A stretch of 64,000 bases of DNA from Octopus sinensis (lineage: Eukaryota): positions 164,796,001 through 164,860,000 of the forward strand of contig NC_042999.1 in assembly GCF_006345805.1 (NCBI RefSeq). Reading direction: 5' to 3'. The notes under the pieces are model-generated. The model had not been told where the DNA came from. It did not search any database and saw only the letters and a list, made by a program, of their open reading frames with translations. Numbering within the stretch: position 1 is the stretch's first letter; the number at the start of each line of letters is the position of its first letter. The position numbers and the translations under genes were made by a program. Below, in pieces: positions 24,700-36,803 of this stretch.

Positions 24700-27600
24700 T
24701 TGGACTGAAGTTGGGGTAACAAACATGAAGACTATATTTTAAAATATTAGCGACTTACTAAAGGAGTTGTCACATGTAAATATTGGAGTTTATAAACACA
24801 AACAAGTAAACGTGTCAGTTAGACGATGGTAGAAGACCTCTGAAGCCGTCACTGAGATGCTCAAATGTGTGGATGCGTTACGAGGGAGTGCTGGAAAGTT
24901 CCTGCCTTTAAGGCTGTCACGAAAGGCCTGGTTGGAGGCCCAACCTTCCCAGTTCTTTTACAGAGCTTAGAAAAACTGAAGGACTGCTGCAATAAATGTG
25001 AATCTGAGAGGGGAATATGTTGACTAAAATCATAATTAACTGATCCTCCTGTATTTTCTTTTAACAAAAGCCAGGAACTTTTCAGCCTGATCCCTTCTTA
25101 AGTTTGGCATGAGAAGGATGGTAATATTGTGGTGTCAATTCTAAGAATATAATAAGGCGGCGAACTGGCAGAATCATTAACCCGCCAAGCAGAATGCTTC
25201 GCGGCATTTCTTCCGTCTTTACAATCAACTTCTGCCGAGGTCAACTTCACCTTTCATCCTTCCGGGATCGATAAAATAAGTATCAGTTGAACATTGGGAG
25301 TCGATGTGATAGGCGTACCCCTCCCCCGATATTGGTAGCCTCGTACCAAAATTTGAAATCAATTCTAAAAGTTTGTTTCGTTTTTAACATGCACAAGTAT
25401 CAGCCATTTCTTAGCTTCGACATTCATAATCAAATCACTCCAGGATGACACAAAACTTTATGTAAATCCGTGATTCCACAGATGGTATGAAGGAACAGTT
25501 GGTAAGAGAATTAGCAGCTGTGTTATCTTTGTCAGGTATGTGTCGGATGTCATAATTGTAGAGTGATAACAATACCATGCGGCTAGGAAGAAACTTATTC
25601 TTCATTTCCTCGTCTCTTTTGTGACTAAATATAGATGAGATCGCTCGTTGAGCAATGTGTAATATAAAACAGCCTCGAAGTGAAAAAAAAAAAAATTAAA
25701 GCACCATTTCTAAACACTTTCTATGATAGTTGCTATTTCCTATCCAATTGATGAATATTTTGTTCAGGTTCAGACTGATAAAGAATTCTGGAGAAGAAAG
25801 CAACAGGTTTATTATACCGTGAAAGATATCCATAACTGTCCACCAAAAGCAGTTTCAGCATGTAGTGGAATTTCGGTAAGATAAAGATTAAACATTGAAG
25901 CATTAAGTAGATGAATAACATCTAAGAAAGGAGAAAAGGTTGTAACTTAACAAACTTTGTAGACGTTGTAGTTGTTTAGCATTGCTTGACATTGGGTATT
26001 CAACAACAGATTTCAAATCTTCCATGTCAGGTTGCAGAGAATTACGTTTTTGTATGCGTCTCCTAGGAAGCAAAGGTGTGTTTGGTAGGAAAGAAAATTG
26101 CCTTGTTTAAATATATGTGAGGTTTCTGAGAACGTGAAATCAATGAAACCATGTCCTTATCGAGCTCCTCAATAGTTTTGCCAACAATAACATGGCCGAG
26201 GAAGGTGTCAAATCTTTTTATATCAATGTCGGTAATTATACTTTTCCTCACTCTTTGAGAAGTGCTCACAGCATCAGTCACAGCAAAGGCTTTTCTTGTA
26301 AACTGAATAAGCGTTCAACATCTTGAAATGTAGTCTATCTTTTATTGTCGTTTCAAAGTGGAATCTGATAGTATGCTCGACATGACTGGCATGAAGTTAC
26401 TCACAAATATACAAAGTAACTAGCTCACAGACATGCTCTAACCTCTTTCTACCGAAACAACAATAGCCTCTGCTCCTTGGGCTGGTTGATCTTCTGCCAT
26501 CTCTTCTCAAGTATTCTCGACTCACTCATCTCTCTTCTCAGCATCCATATCGTATTCACCCTAGGCCCCGTACTAACCGATACACCCAGTCCTTTCTTTT
26601 CGGAACATCGCCTCTCTGGAACTTTCTTACTGCACATCATTCCTTGTAGGCGTCAACTTTCAATAATCAAAGCGCAACGTCAACAACATCAATCTCACCT
26701 GTGAAGATGCTCTGCCTTCAGACCCGAATCCACCCCCCCCCCCCCCACACACAGAAATGCTGCTTTCATAAAGAATTTATGACAGGAAATAGATTGGATA
26801 GGCATCTAGAAAGCAGAATAGCAACCTATTGTTAGTGAATAGTTCGTAACAAGGCGTTGTTTATTGTTTCTTACTACTATCGCTCGTGTTCACAATTTTG
26901 AGAGCGTGGAGTCAATAACTTGATCATCAAAGACCTGCTTAATCTTTTTCTTAATAAATATTTCACCAATCAGAGAAAGCGGCAAGATTTAATTGTAATT
27001 GGTTTCAAATAATTGTATAGGTGGGGGAAATACGTGTTACGAACATAGTTATAAGTCGAATAACAATATTTTTTCTGTTATATTTAAACTCAGAGTATAA
27101 CTATCACACACACACACACACACACACAAAAAAAAGAAAAAAAGAAACCTTTGATAGTGATCTCCGAGTTTAAATATAACAGTCATGTCGTTTCAGAAGG
27201 ATATATTCCAGAATTATAGACCAAAAAACAAAGCAAAGAAAAAAAAAACCATTTCAAAACCCTTTCATACCTAGGTATAAAGAAAAAAAACAAAACCTTG
27301 TTTAAAATACAGGAAAACGAAGAAACAGTCAGTTAAGATGGAGTTACTACGCCAATTTGAAGTCACAGATGAGATGTTGAAAGGCAATTATTCACATCAA
27401 TGAAACTAGACAAACTAACTAAACCGTGCAAAATCGTTGGCCCACTTTTACAGAGACAGCCTTTTTTTTTCTTTTTCTTTTTCCAAGTGCATTTATTGTC
27501 GTTGAGCTACTTTAAAGTTAATCTTAGAAATGGCGATGTTGCAGCTCTTTGCAATCGACATGCTCTTTTTGTGGGTGTGGCAAGTTTCAGTATTTTTGTA

Positions 27601-27950
27601 TGGAAGCTTGACAGAACGGTCGTGACCAGCGCAATATAATCCTCGACTGAGGTTCGTGTATTTACGACGGCAAAACTATTCTCATTGCTAAAGGAGCTGC
27701 AATTCCAATCAGTGAGAATACTGGAAAGGAAGATCGATTCCAAACTTCTGCATTTTCTTCCTGAGAAATTGCTTGGATGTTGCAAACTGCCATATTCGAC
27801 AAAGATTCCTTGAGAATCCTTGTCGAATATGGCAGTGTTTCTTCAAGGGACAAATACCAGCTCTCATCAAAATATTAGTGAAAATTTTGTTCCCAGCCCC
27901 GCCTTTTTCTCTGCAGGAACGCAGAATTTGCAACAATATAATCCCCCCCC
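24700..27950 (-). mobile_element. Highly degraded Ty3/gypsy LTR retrotransposon internal region, with a SINE B insertion at 25155-25365
   Basis: In correct order on the minus strand: protease-like VDSG (about 26720-26733), RT end DTFLGHVI, RNase H KPVAFFSRILYQSEPEQNIHQLDRK and LYNYDIRHIPDKDNTAANSL. The gag and integrase limits are uncertain and no LTR pair was found. Confidence 0.7.
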
Positions 27951-28846
27951 CCACTTTTTTTTTGCCAGGGTGGTGGATAAATAAAAAAAAAAAAAGCTCT
28001 TAACTGCATTTTAAATACGGCATTTTGTTCATTGGTTTTTCGAAACTTACAGCCTTCCCACTTGTAAAAAACATTAGAGCATGATCAGTGGGGATCCTAG
28101 TAATAAACAAGTCTTAAATCTTTCCACTCGATATACACCAGAAAGTCACAGCCGAGATTTTAACAGCGAAGCAATCCAATGTCTTTCTATGGTTGCTGCC
28201 AGCGTGCAAAACAACAAACGAATATTAAAAAAAAACCCACAAAAATCACGTTTTCTGTTGTTTGCTAAAGGTGTGATGGAAGGTAAATATTGCAGCATTG
28301 CAGTCTGCAATATGGCTGAAGATTAAAGGTGAGAAGAAATTAGGAATTAAGAGTGATGCTTTGTTTAGTTGAGTCTGAATCTTCGACAACAAAGTTCAGA
28401 AAAATTTTTCAGTGACTATTTTGTATGTGTTTTTGTGAAAAAACGTGTTCCTCACTTTCTGGTTAAACTTGTGAAAATAATCGATTCCATGTTTCAAGCA
28501 AATAAATTGTTGTGATGAGAAATAATTCCTGAGTTTTTTCGCTTAAAACGTTCAACTTCAGAATGTGCGTTTTGACCTCAAATGATTGGCTGCCAGCCTT
28601 CGACCAATATACAGCATCTCCGCGTTACGGAAACGTTGTTTGTCTGAAAATCTTGCCGTAACGTAGAATCCTGTAACATGAAATCTGTTTTCCACTGACT
28701 TTGGAAAAATATGTGTAACAAAATTGCACTTTACGGTAATATTATCAGCAATGCCACTCTTCTGTAACGTAGGGATGCCGGTAATACCACCACATTGCAC
28801 CTGGATCGGAAGTGTCAATAATGATTTCAAAGCAATGAGTCTCTCT

Positions 28847-28919
<73 letters not shown>

Positions 28920-29754
28920 TATATATATACACACACATATAACTGGTATTTGATTTGAATGATAACTCCCAAACATACATGTGTTCGATCAACATGAACG
29001 ATAACAGCCCTCAAGAGCAGAACCAAATTTTAAGGAGGGGGAGGAGAACTGGCATCTAAAATCAACGTAACAACAACGATAACGACGAATCTCAACGTCT
29101 AAGTTTCATAGGGAGAAAATAAAAAAGCTTATTGATAATTTCTTTACTGTCTAGACGTCGGCGATAGTACAAAAGTGATATAGAAATGGAAAGAACATAC
29201 AAGAAAGAGAACGATGGGTTTACATCGAGTAGAAAGGTGAGATCAAGACAATAAAAGTACGTTGATAAAATAAAATAGTAATGACAGTGAATAGCAACAA
29301 AGCAACGAGCATCGCTGCAATGGTGAACAACCACATAAGGCAACATGCGGTACTCACGCATATCAAACCTGAATTACCCTAACACACCAAAGACAAGTGC
29401 CTTTTTCCACTTTTTGTCGCCAGTCTAGCTGCATAGAAGAGACCCATTTAACAACACTAGTTCCCCCACTCTATCCAAATTTCATAAAATTTACTAGCCA
29501 GGGGAGAGTTTCCTACTCACCCCTCTCTCTATCTCTATCCTTAGCTCAGTCTGTACCTTAACCTTTTAAGTGGTACTTGAAAAAAATAAATGAAGGTTTG
29601 GCTTGAGAGGAAACGCTATGTTCTCCAAGGTAACAACTTCCTTCGCCGTAGCAAGTACGAAACAGAAGATAGCCCGCTGTTTCTTACCACAGGAAGGTCG
29701 ATCTTCAAGATAGACTCAGCTGACATATTTAATAACAACAACAATAACAATCCT

Positions 29755-30790
29755 TTCAACTAAGGGCACAAGGCCTGAAATTTTGGGGGAGGAGACTAGT
29801 CAATTACATCGACCCCCAGTGCTTCACTGGTAATTATTGACTCCCGAAACAACAATAATAATAACAGTTTCAAATTTTGACATAGATCAATAGTTTTTGA
29901 GGGGAGGGGGAAGTCGATTACATCCACACCAGTACTTGATTGGTACTTATTTTATCGATTCCGAAGGGATGGAAGGCAAAGTCGACTTCGGTGGGGTTTG
30001 AACTTAGAACGTAAAGGTGGGGAGAGCGCTAGTCGATTACATCAACCCCAGTACTTGACTGGTACTTAATTTATCGACCCTGAAACGATGAAAAACAAAG
30101 TTTACCACAGCGGAAATTGAACTCAGAACGTAAAGACGGCCAAAATGCCGTTTGACCAGCGTGCCAACGATTCTGCCTTAACTTACAACAACAACAATAA
30201 TAATAATCATAATCCTTTCTACTAAAGGCACAAGGCTTGAAATGTGGGGAGAGGGGACTAGGCGATTACATCGATCCCAGTGTTTCACTGGTACCTAATT
30301 TATTGACCCCAAAAGGATGAAAGGCAAATTCGACCTCAGTAGAATTTGAACTCAGAACGTAGCAACAGGCGAAATATGGCTAAGCATTCCGCCCTGAGGG
30401 CTAGCAACAACAAAAACAATATTCTTTTCTACTGTAGGTACATGGCCCGAAATTTTGGGGGATTAGATTGACCCCGGTATGTAACTGATACTTAATTTAT
30501 CGACCCCGAAAGGATGAAAGGCAAAGTTGACCACGGCGGAATTTGAACTCAGAACGTATTTCTTTACTACCCACAAGGGGCTAAACACAGAGAGGACAAA
30601 CAAGGACAGACAAACGGATTAAGTCGATTATATCGACCCCAGTGCGTAACTGGTACTTATTTAATCGACTCCGAAAGGATGAAAGGCAAAGTCGACCTCA
30701 GCGGAATTTGAACTCAGAACGTAGCGGCAGACGAAATACTGCTAAGCATTTCGCCCGGCGCGCTAACATTTCTGCCAGCTCGCCGCCTTA
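29755..30790 (-). mobile_element. Cluster of about five SINE B copies separated by (AAC/AAT)n tails
   Basis: Repeated gtcgattacatcgacccc..ggtacttaatttatcgaccc..gaactcagaacgt units. Confidence 0.9.
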
Positions 30791-31502
30791 TAATACAATA
30801 TTGACACCACCACCAACAAGTACTTTTAAACACGGATATAGGGCCACAGGCTTTTGACAAAGAGTATAATCTATTACAGTCTATTAAACCAATATGAGTT
30901 ACAAGGAACTCCGGTGTTCCGCGAAAAAAATTCTCGATTTCTACGAAATATCTTTTAATAAAATTTAATAATGAAAACAGCGTTAACCATTTTATTCAAA
31001 CAATACGCACACACACACACACGCATGTATCACTATCAGTATATTCTTCCCAATAACAATTTTGTTTTACTTCAATTTCCTATTAAAATTTTGGGTGGCG
31101 AGGGTTGTCTGTGAATATAGGTATGGGGTTATGCGGTTTTCGGGAAATTGTCATAAGGGTTCCGCGACAAATAAGTTCCAAAACCACTGGTTGGATATCA
31201 CGGGGATATTCATTTTACTGGCTCTGGAAAAATGAAAACAAAGTCGACCGCGACTGGATTTGAACTCGGAAAAGTCAAAAAGAAACTAAATACCGAAAGG
31301 TATTTTAGTCTGGCTCTCTACCGTTTCTGCCATTTGATAGTGTTGTTACTACTACTACAGTCTCTTACATTGGCACAAAGCCACTCTCGTTTGCAGGGGT
31401 AGGTGTAGTCAAGTGAATCGGCAAACAGTATGTAACTGGTACATATTTCATTAATAGCTAATAAGGATATTTGTTGATGTTAGAACATTTCGTTCAATAG
31501 CT

Positions 31503-31512
31503 GTAGATAGAC

Positions 31513-31586
<74 letters not shown>

Positions 31587-31638
31587 ATAGATGGATAGAT
31601 GGATAGATAGATAGATAGATAGATAAATAGATGGATAG

Positions 31639-31669
<31 letters not shown>

Positions 31670-31731
31670 GATAGATAGATGGATAGATAGATAAACAGAC
31701 ATATAGATAGATAGATAGAGAGAGAGAGAGG

Positions 31732-31797
<66 letters not shown>

Positions 31798-31798
31798 C
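31503..31798. repeat. (GATA)n microsatellite
   Basis: Visible directly. Confidence 0.97.
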
Positions 31799-32702
31799 TG
31801 GAATTCTGTGGGCACAAACACATATTTACACATCGACACATACCAACACTCTTATGTTTACATATATATAAACCCACACTTCAGACGCTTGTTTACACTT
31901 ATAGGCATGTAGATACAAGCATGTATATTAGGCACATACGGCATACATAAAGGTATTTACAAATACAGACACGTACAAACATAGATGCAATATAAAGAAC
32001 ATATACAGACATAGGTTCGTTCACACATACATAGAATTCTTTCAGATATAGACACTGAAACAGAGGCACATACATACATATACGCAAACACGCACCACAC
32101 GCAGTCACATACAAATACATACAATTTGTGCGTCGATACATATTACACACATCTACAGTTTTACGCGCACACACCTATCTATTATAGTATCCAGTACTTT
32201 TTCAACGATGTATGTAGACACACGCGCACTTGAGATCAAGTCAAAGGCACCAACGATGGTGATGATGATGATGATGATGAAGGAATGCTGAAGAGGAACG
32301 ACAAGATTGATGGTTATGATGATGATGATGATGATGATGGGCAGTGTTGAGGAGACGTGAGGGTGGTGAGAGTTTGTGGTTGGTGCCGATGTTTGGGCAC
32401 CGAAAAGTGGTGTTTGGTGGGGTTGTTCTAAAAGTAACAGCAGTAGTAGTAAGTTGATGCCTTTTTATTGTTGTTGGTGAAGTAAAACCGGAGCAAAAAA
32501 CACCGTCGAGATAAATAAAAAGATATGGGAAGAAAAAAAAAACCATAAAAAACCAATAAAAGAACACAAACTGCATGTCTTTCTATGTATATACATTTAT
32601 AATTATCTGTCAAGCTATGGATTTATATATCAATGTTTTTTATCCATCCGTCTCGCAATCTCTCTCCTCTCTCTCTCTCACTCACTCACGTATGTACACA
32701 CA

Positions 32703-32745
<43 letters not shown>

Positions 32746-32900
32746 TATATATTGTCAATCTAGCGATCCATCTACTTCTCTCTCTGTCTATCTCTTTCCC
32801 GATCGCACTGTCAGTGTTTTTTAGACTTTAGAGTTACATACATGAAGCAGAGAAGCAAAGTGAGTTGAGAGGGATATCAACAACTATTCGCACATACAAT

Positions 32901-32943
<43 letters not shown>

Positions 32944-33008
32944 CATGTACAGACAGTGATTTTTCCTTAGAATTGTAAAGATAGACAAATAGAAATTAAC
33001 TGACATAC

Positions 33009-33157
33009 CAAATAAAATCCTTGCAGTGACTACAAAAAGTCGGCTGCTTGAAAAATCGGGGAACAAATTTGTGATTTTTCACCTCGAATACATTTTTCTG
33101 GCGTAAAGCTCCCCGGCGCTGGACTCCTTTCAGAGGAATGTTCTCCGTGTCAGCCAT
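33009..33157 (-). CDS. PRKCA: Conventional protein kinase C, first coding exon (pseudosubstrate and start of C1a)
   Basis: Translates to [49 protein letters not shown](W), closely matching the cPKC consensus [34 protein letters not shown]. The start has a strong context (aaaaacATGg). The exon ends TG|GTATGT, a phase-2 intron at the position I recall for vertebrate PRKCA exon 1. The symbol denotes the PRKCA/B/G orthology group. Confidence 0.96.
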
Positions 33158-33244
33158 GTTTTTCTGAACATTCAACTATGAGTGAGACCAACGTAGAGAT
33201 AGAGAGACAGACAGGCAGATGAGTGAAAGCGATTGAGTGAGAGT

Positions 33245-33275
<31 letters not shown>

Positions 33276-33653
33276 AAAGGAGAGAGAGAGTCAATGTGTG
33301 AGTGGCTTTCGGTGAAGGTGGGAGTGAAAGAGTGAAGGGGAGACTAACGTGTTCAGAGGAAAAAAGGAAGAGAAAAAAAAGAGAGAGAGAGAGAGAGAGA
33401 CAGAGAAAGGAAATGGAAAGGAAGATAGACAGAGAGGAAGGAGAGAGAAGGCAGAAGCGACTTTGCGTGAGGGCGTACGTGAATGGCAATCGTTGAGGGG
33501 GAGAGTGAGAGAGTGACGGCAGATTAATGCGTTTCAAGAGGGATGGATCGGGGGAAAAAGACGAAGTTAGAAAGAGGGAGAGAGTAACCGAGAGAGGAAA
33601 AGAGAAGGAGAAAGAGAGAGAGAGAGCTGTAAGAGCGAGAAGGGTGTGACTGA
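33158..33653 (-). other. Putative PKC 5' leader: about 490 nt of pyrimidine-rich, (CT)n-rich sequence
   Basis: Contiguous with the ATG, with an Inr-like TCAGTC at 33653-33648. It could instead be partly intronic, since ctcatag just upstream of 33175 is a plausible acceptor. Confidence 0.5.
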
Positions 33654-34000
33654 TGCACGATGCAGAAAAAAACACGCACGTATAGTTCTACTTAAGGGAA
33701 ATAACTCTGTTGCACTTAAACTGATAACTTGTAGAAGTGATGATGCCTAAAATACACGAAATGCTTCAAAATTTGAATTCAAACTACTATATTTTTACAA
33801 GTGCGCTCGGATCCACGAATTTTGGGCGGTAAAACGGTGGGCTGTGTTGCGTTGTGACGTTCATGTATTTTCAATGATATTTAGCGACAATAAAGTGAAT
33901 AATTTTTGAAAGAGTTCCAACTGGAGTCGCAGACGTGGTTCACTGGGTTCAGAAAGTCGCACGCAGGCGACGAAGGATTGCATTAAATAACTGGTCAAAA
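33654..34000 (-). promoter_or_regulatory. Candidate PKC promoter (non-repetitive, CpG-rich)
   Basis: GC box gggcgg at 33824-33829, CRE-like tgacgt at 33855-33860 and many CpGs, immediately upstream of the leader. Function is inferred only. Confidence 0.45.
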
Positions 34001-34077
34001 TAAAGAAATGAATAACATTTAATAATTTTCTTTTTGTGCTTGGGGAGAGTTATATTTTGCAATATTTCAGATGTCAA

Positions 34078-34660
34078 GGCGGCGAACTGGCAGACACGTT
34101 AGCGCGCCGGGCGAAATGCTTTGCGGTATTTCGTCTGCTGTTACGTTCTGAGTTCAAATTCCGCCGAGGTCGACTTTGCCTTTCATCCTTTCGGGGTCGA
34201 TAAATTAAGTACCAGTTACGCACTGGGGTCGATGTAATCGACTTAATACCTATGTCTGTCCTTGTTTGTCCCCTCTGTGATTAGCTCCTTCTGGGTAATA
34301 AAGAAATAGGTATTTCGTTTGCCGCTACGTTCTGAGTTCAAATTCCGCCAAGGTCCACTTTGCCTTTCATCCTCTCGGGGTCGATAAATTAAGTACCAGT
34401 TTCGCACTGGGGTCGATATAATCGACTTAATCCGTTTGTCTCTCCTTGTTTGTCCTCTCTGTGTTTAGCCCCTTGTGGGTAGTAAAGAAATAGGTATTTC
34501 GTCTGCCGTTTCGTTCTGAGTTCAAATTCCGCCGAGGTCGACTTTGTCGTTCATGCTTTCGGAATCGATAAATTAAGTACCAGTTACGTACTGGAGTTGA
34601 TCTCATCGACTGGCCCCATCCCCTAAATTTCAGTCCTTGTGCCTAGAGTAGAAAAGAATA
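34078..34660 (+). mobile_element. SINE B trimer (one head, three bodies, two linkers)
   Basis: Body repeated at about 34140, 34325 and 34510, with the linker gtttgtcc..ttagc.ccttgtgggtagtaaagaaataggtatttcg. Confidence 0.9.
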
Positions 34661-34989
34661 TTTCAGAATGTTATCGCCCTCTTTTTGAGATTGGCAGTCA
34701 TTTCCAAATACATGTATGTAATACTGAAAATGTTTTTTGTTTTTTTAATATACGCATTTGCTTAGATTATTTTTGCAATAAAACAGTAGATTTGATGGCC
34801 ATATAGAAAGGTGATGCATTTTAAAACTTGAATAAAAGTTGTTTTTTTTAAAAATTATATTCATAACAAATTATTTTACAAACTATGTCACGAAAGAACA
34901 AAAGTAAGCAAAGAGTTCAGAAGAGAATTAAATCATTATAACTCATTTTAATCTGTAGAAGATTACAGTCAATGGTAAATCTGTGATTT

Positions 34990-35390
34990 TTTTTCTTTTT
35001 ATTACCAGTTCTTGGATGCGTGGAGGGGTTTTGAAAGAACACAACGCAGGTCATTACGAATTTTATTCGATTTAGTTGCTTCATTTTCAGATGCAGCAGT
35101 TCTGAAATTTCCGTTTCACTAACAATATGTCGGGACGAATGAAAACAATGAAATGTATAGCACTTTCCACGTCTTTTGGGCAGGAAGAACCCATCAAAGA
35201 CCAGATTTTCGGATTAGTTTCTTATTAAGCTTATATCGTATCCTAGAATCATTCTTCAGTTCCAAAAACTTTATTTTGTCAATCATCGGGAACATTATTG
35301 ACAATATTAATGGATTTTGCACTAAATCCAACTTCTCATTTCTGACTGGCTGGATAAATTTCAAGTGCTGTCAAATATGCTACAACATTT
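34990..35390 (-). mobile_element. hAT (Charlie/ZBED5-like) transposase C-terminal remnant
   Basis: Frameshifted FVPTY..SETEISELLHLKMKQLNRI..NDLRCVLSK resembles the hAT dimerisation motif (TY.CE..FS.L..IKTK.RNRL...DLR..LS). Confidence 0.65.
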
Positions 35391-35978
35391 CTTCTTCTTC
35401 TTCTTCTTCTTCTTCAAAATTTGAATAAAAAGAAAAACACAAGAATAAAGATTTATTCCATTAATAAAAAAGCATAAAAATTTAAATATAAAAGAAAAAA
35501 TTAAATTCAATTTTTTACATTCTGTGAACCTTTTTGAATGTCAGAGATTAAGTTAAAAATAAGCTGTTATTCTTCAGGCTGTACATAATTTACACACTTA
35601 ATTGAATATTGGTTGCAGTTATTTTCTCTGAGGCCCACCAGGAGATTAATTCAACACTAGTTGAAAAACAGAGAAAAACTGACCTTGAAAATGTTACGAG
35701 AAAAGCGGCAAACATCAGGAATGATAAAATTGAGCAACAAAAGCTTAACTAAATAACATCGAAAATCTAGCATCAATTTTTTTTTTTTGCGATGATAAGC
35801 AATAAAGAAGAAGGAAATAATTTGTACTCGCTAAAACGTTTCGAAACGTATTGCAGAAAGGACGAAGTCACATTTAGAGAGTTTGTATAAAAAGTGCTGA
35901 CTGGCAGTGATAGATATTGTGTGTTTTAAAAAGAAATAATTCGTATCTGTCCGCAAGAACAATACACTACTAATTGAA

Positions 35979-36403
35979 CGGTTTGAACGGCAGTTTTTTC
36001 TAGCGGTGTCATATGAAATTGTCACCCATAATTATGACCCTAATATCGATCTATTGCATTTCAATCTCTTTTAGACTTAGGGTTAGTTAGGGTTAGGGTT
36101 AGGGGTGGGGGGAAGGGTATCTTTTTTTCTTCAGAAATGTAAATAAACCCAATCTGTTTCTTAAACGAGGGAATATTCATACGGCACAGAATGTTTTCAC
36201 CTCAATAGACGTCATTGATTGGTTGAAATTGCAGAAATTGAAGAAAAATAAACAACAAATATCTTACAAACTATAGAACTTTCTCAATAAAGACAAGAGA
36301 AAAAGATGTTTTATAAACACATTCTACCAGTATACGAAGTTTAAAAGTGTTTAGTTACCTAGAAATTATTTTTAAAAAACTGCCGTTCAAACCGAAAAGA
36401 TCC
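35979..36403. mobile_element. MITE-like element with TIR cggtttgaacggcagtttttt and an internal (TTAGGG)-like tract
   Basis: 21-bp inverted match at 35979-35999 / 36374-36394; ttagggttagttagggttagggttagggg at about 36077-36105. Confidence 0.75.
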
Positions 36404-36803
36404 AATTGAAGAAATATCTGCAAATGTTAAAACTTTTAAATAAGTATCTTAAAAACTTCGTTAAAACAAATCCCAATGAATTGCAACTTTTTTAGTTGTG
36501 CTTTAAAAGAGCAAAAACTCGAGATCTCAAAATGTAAGTCACGATTTTAAATTTGAATATTTACAAAGAGTTAATTTAGTTAATTCTGCTGAAGGACACG
36601 TGTACTAATGCTGGCGATTTAAAAACTTCGTTGAAAATTTATTTCGGAAATGAAACTTCGTTCGTGGAAATTATTTACAATCACAACTGATAGGGCAGCA
36701 GCAGTGATGGGACAGAAGTAGAAAGAACAGTATCAATGCGTCCCTGAGAGCACAAACACATGGCCTCGAAGACGACAGAATCTAATTAAGATTTATTGTA
36801 TTA

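Noticed and set aside
28558-28830. 90-codon minus-strand ORF with splice-like signals inside the PKC intron
   Set aside because: No similarity to PKC exon 2 or any protein I recognise; all three frames are partly open; adjacent to the gypsy remnant.
29755-30790. Regularly spaced repeats resembling a CRISPR-like array
   Set aside because: Eukaryotic SINE copies of 150-250 bp with microsatellite tails; no unique spacers and no cas genes.
31451-31877. YLSI-repeat ORFs
   Set aside because: (GATA)n microsatellite.
33172-33675. 167-aa Leu/Ser-rich ORF upstream of PKC
   Set aside because: A (CT)n-rich leader read from a non-ATG start; low complexity and no homology.
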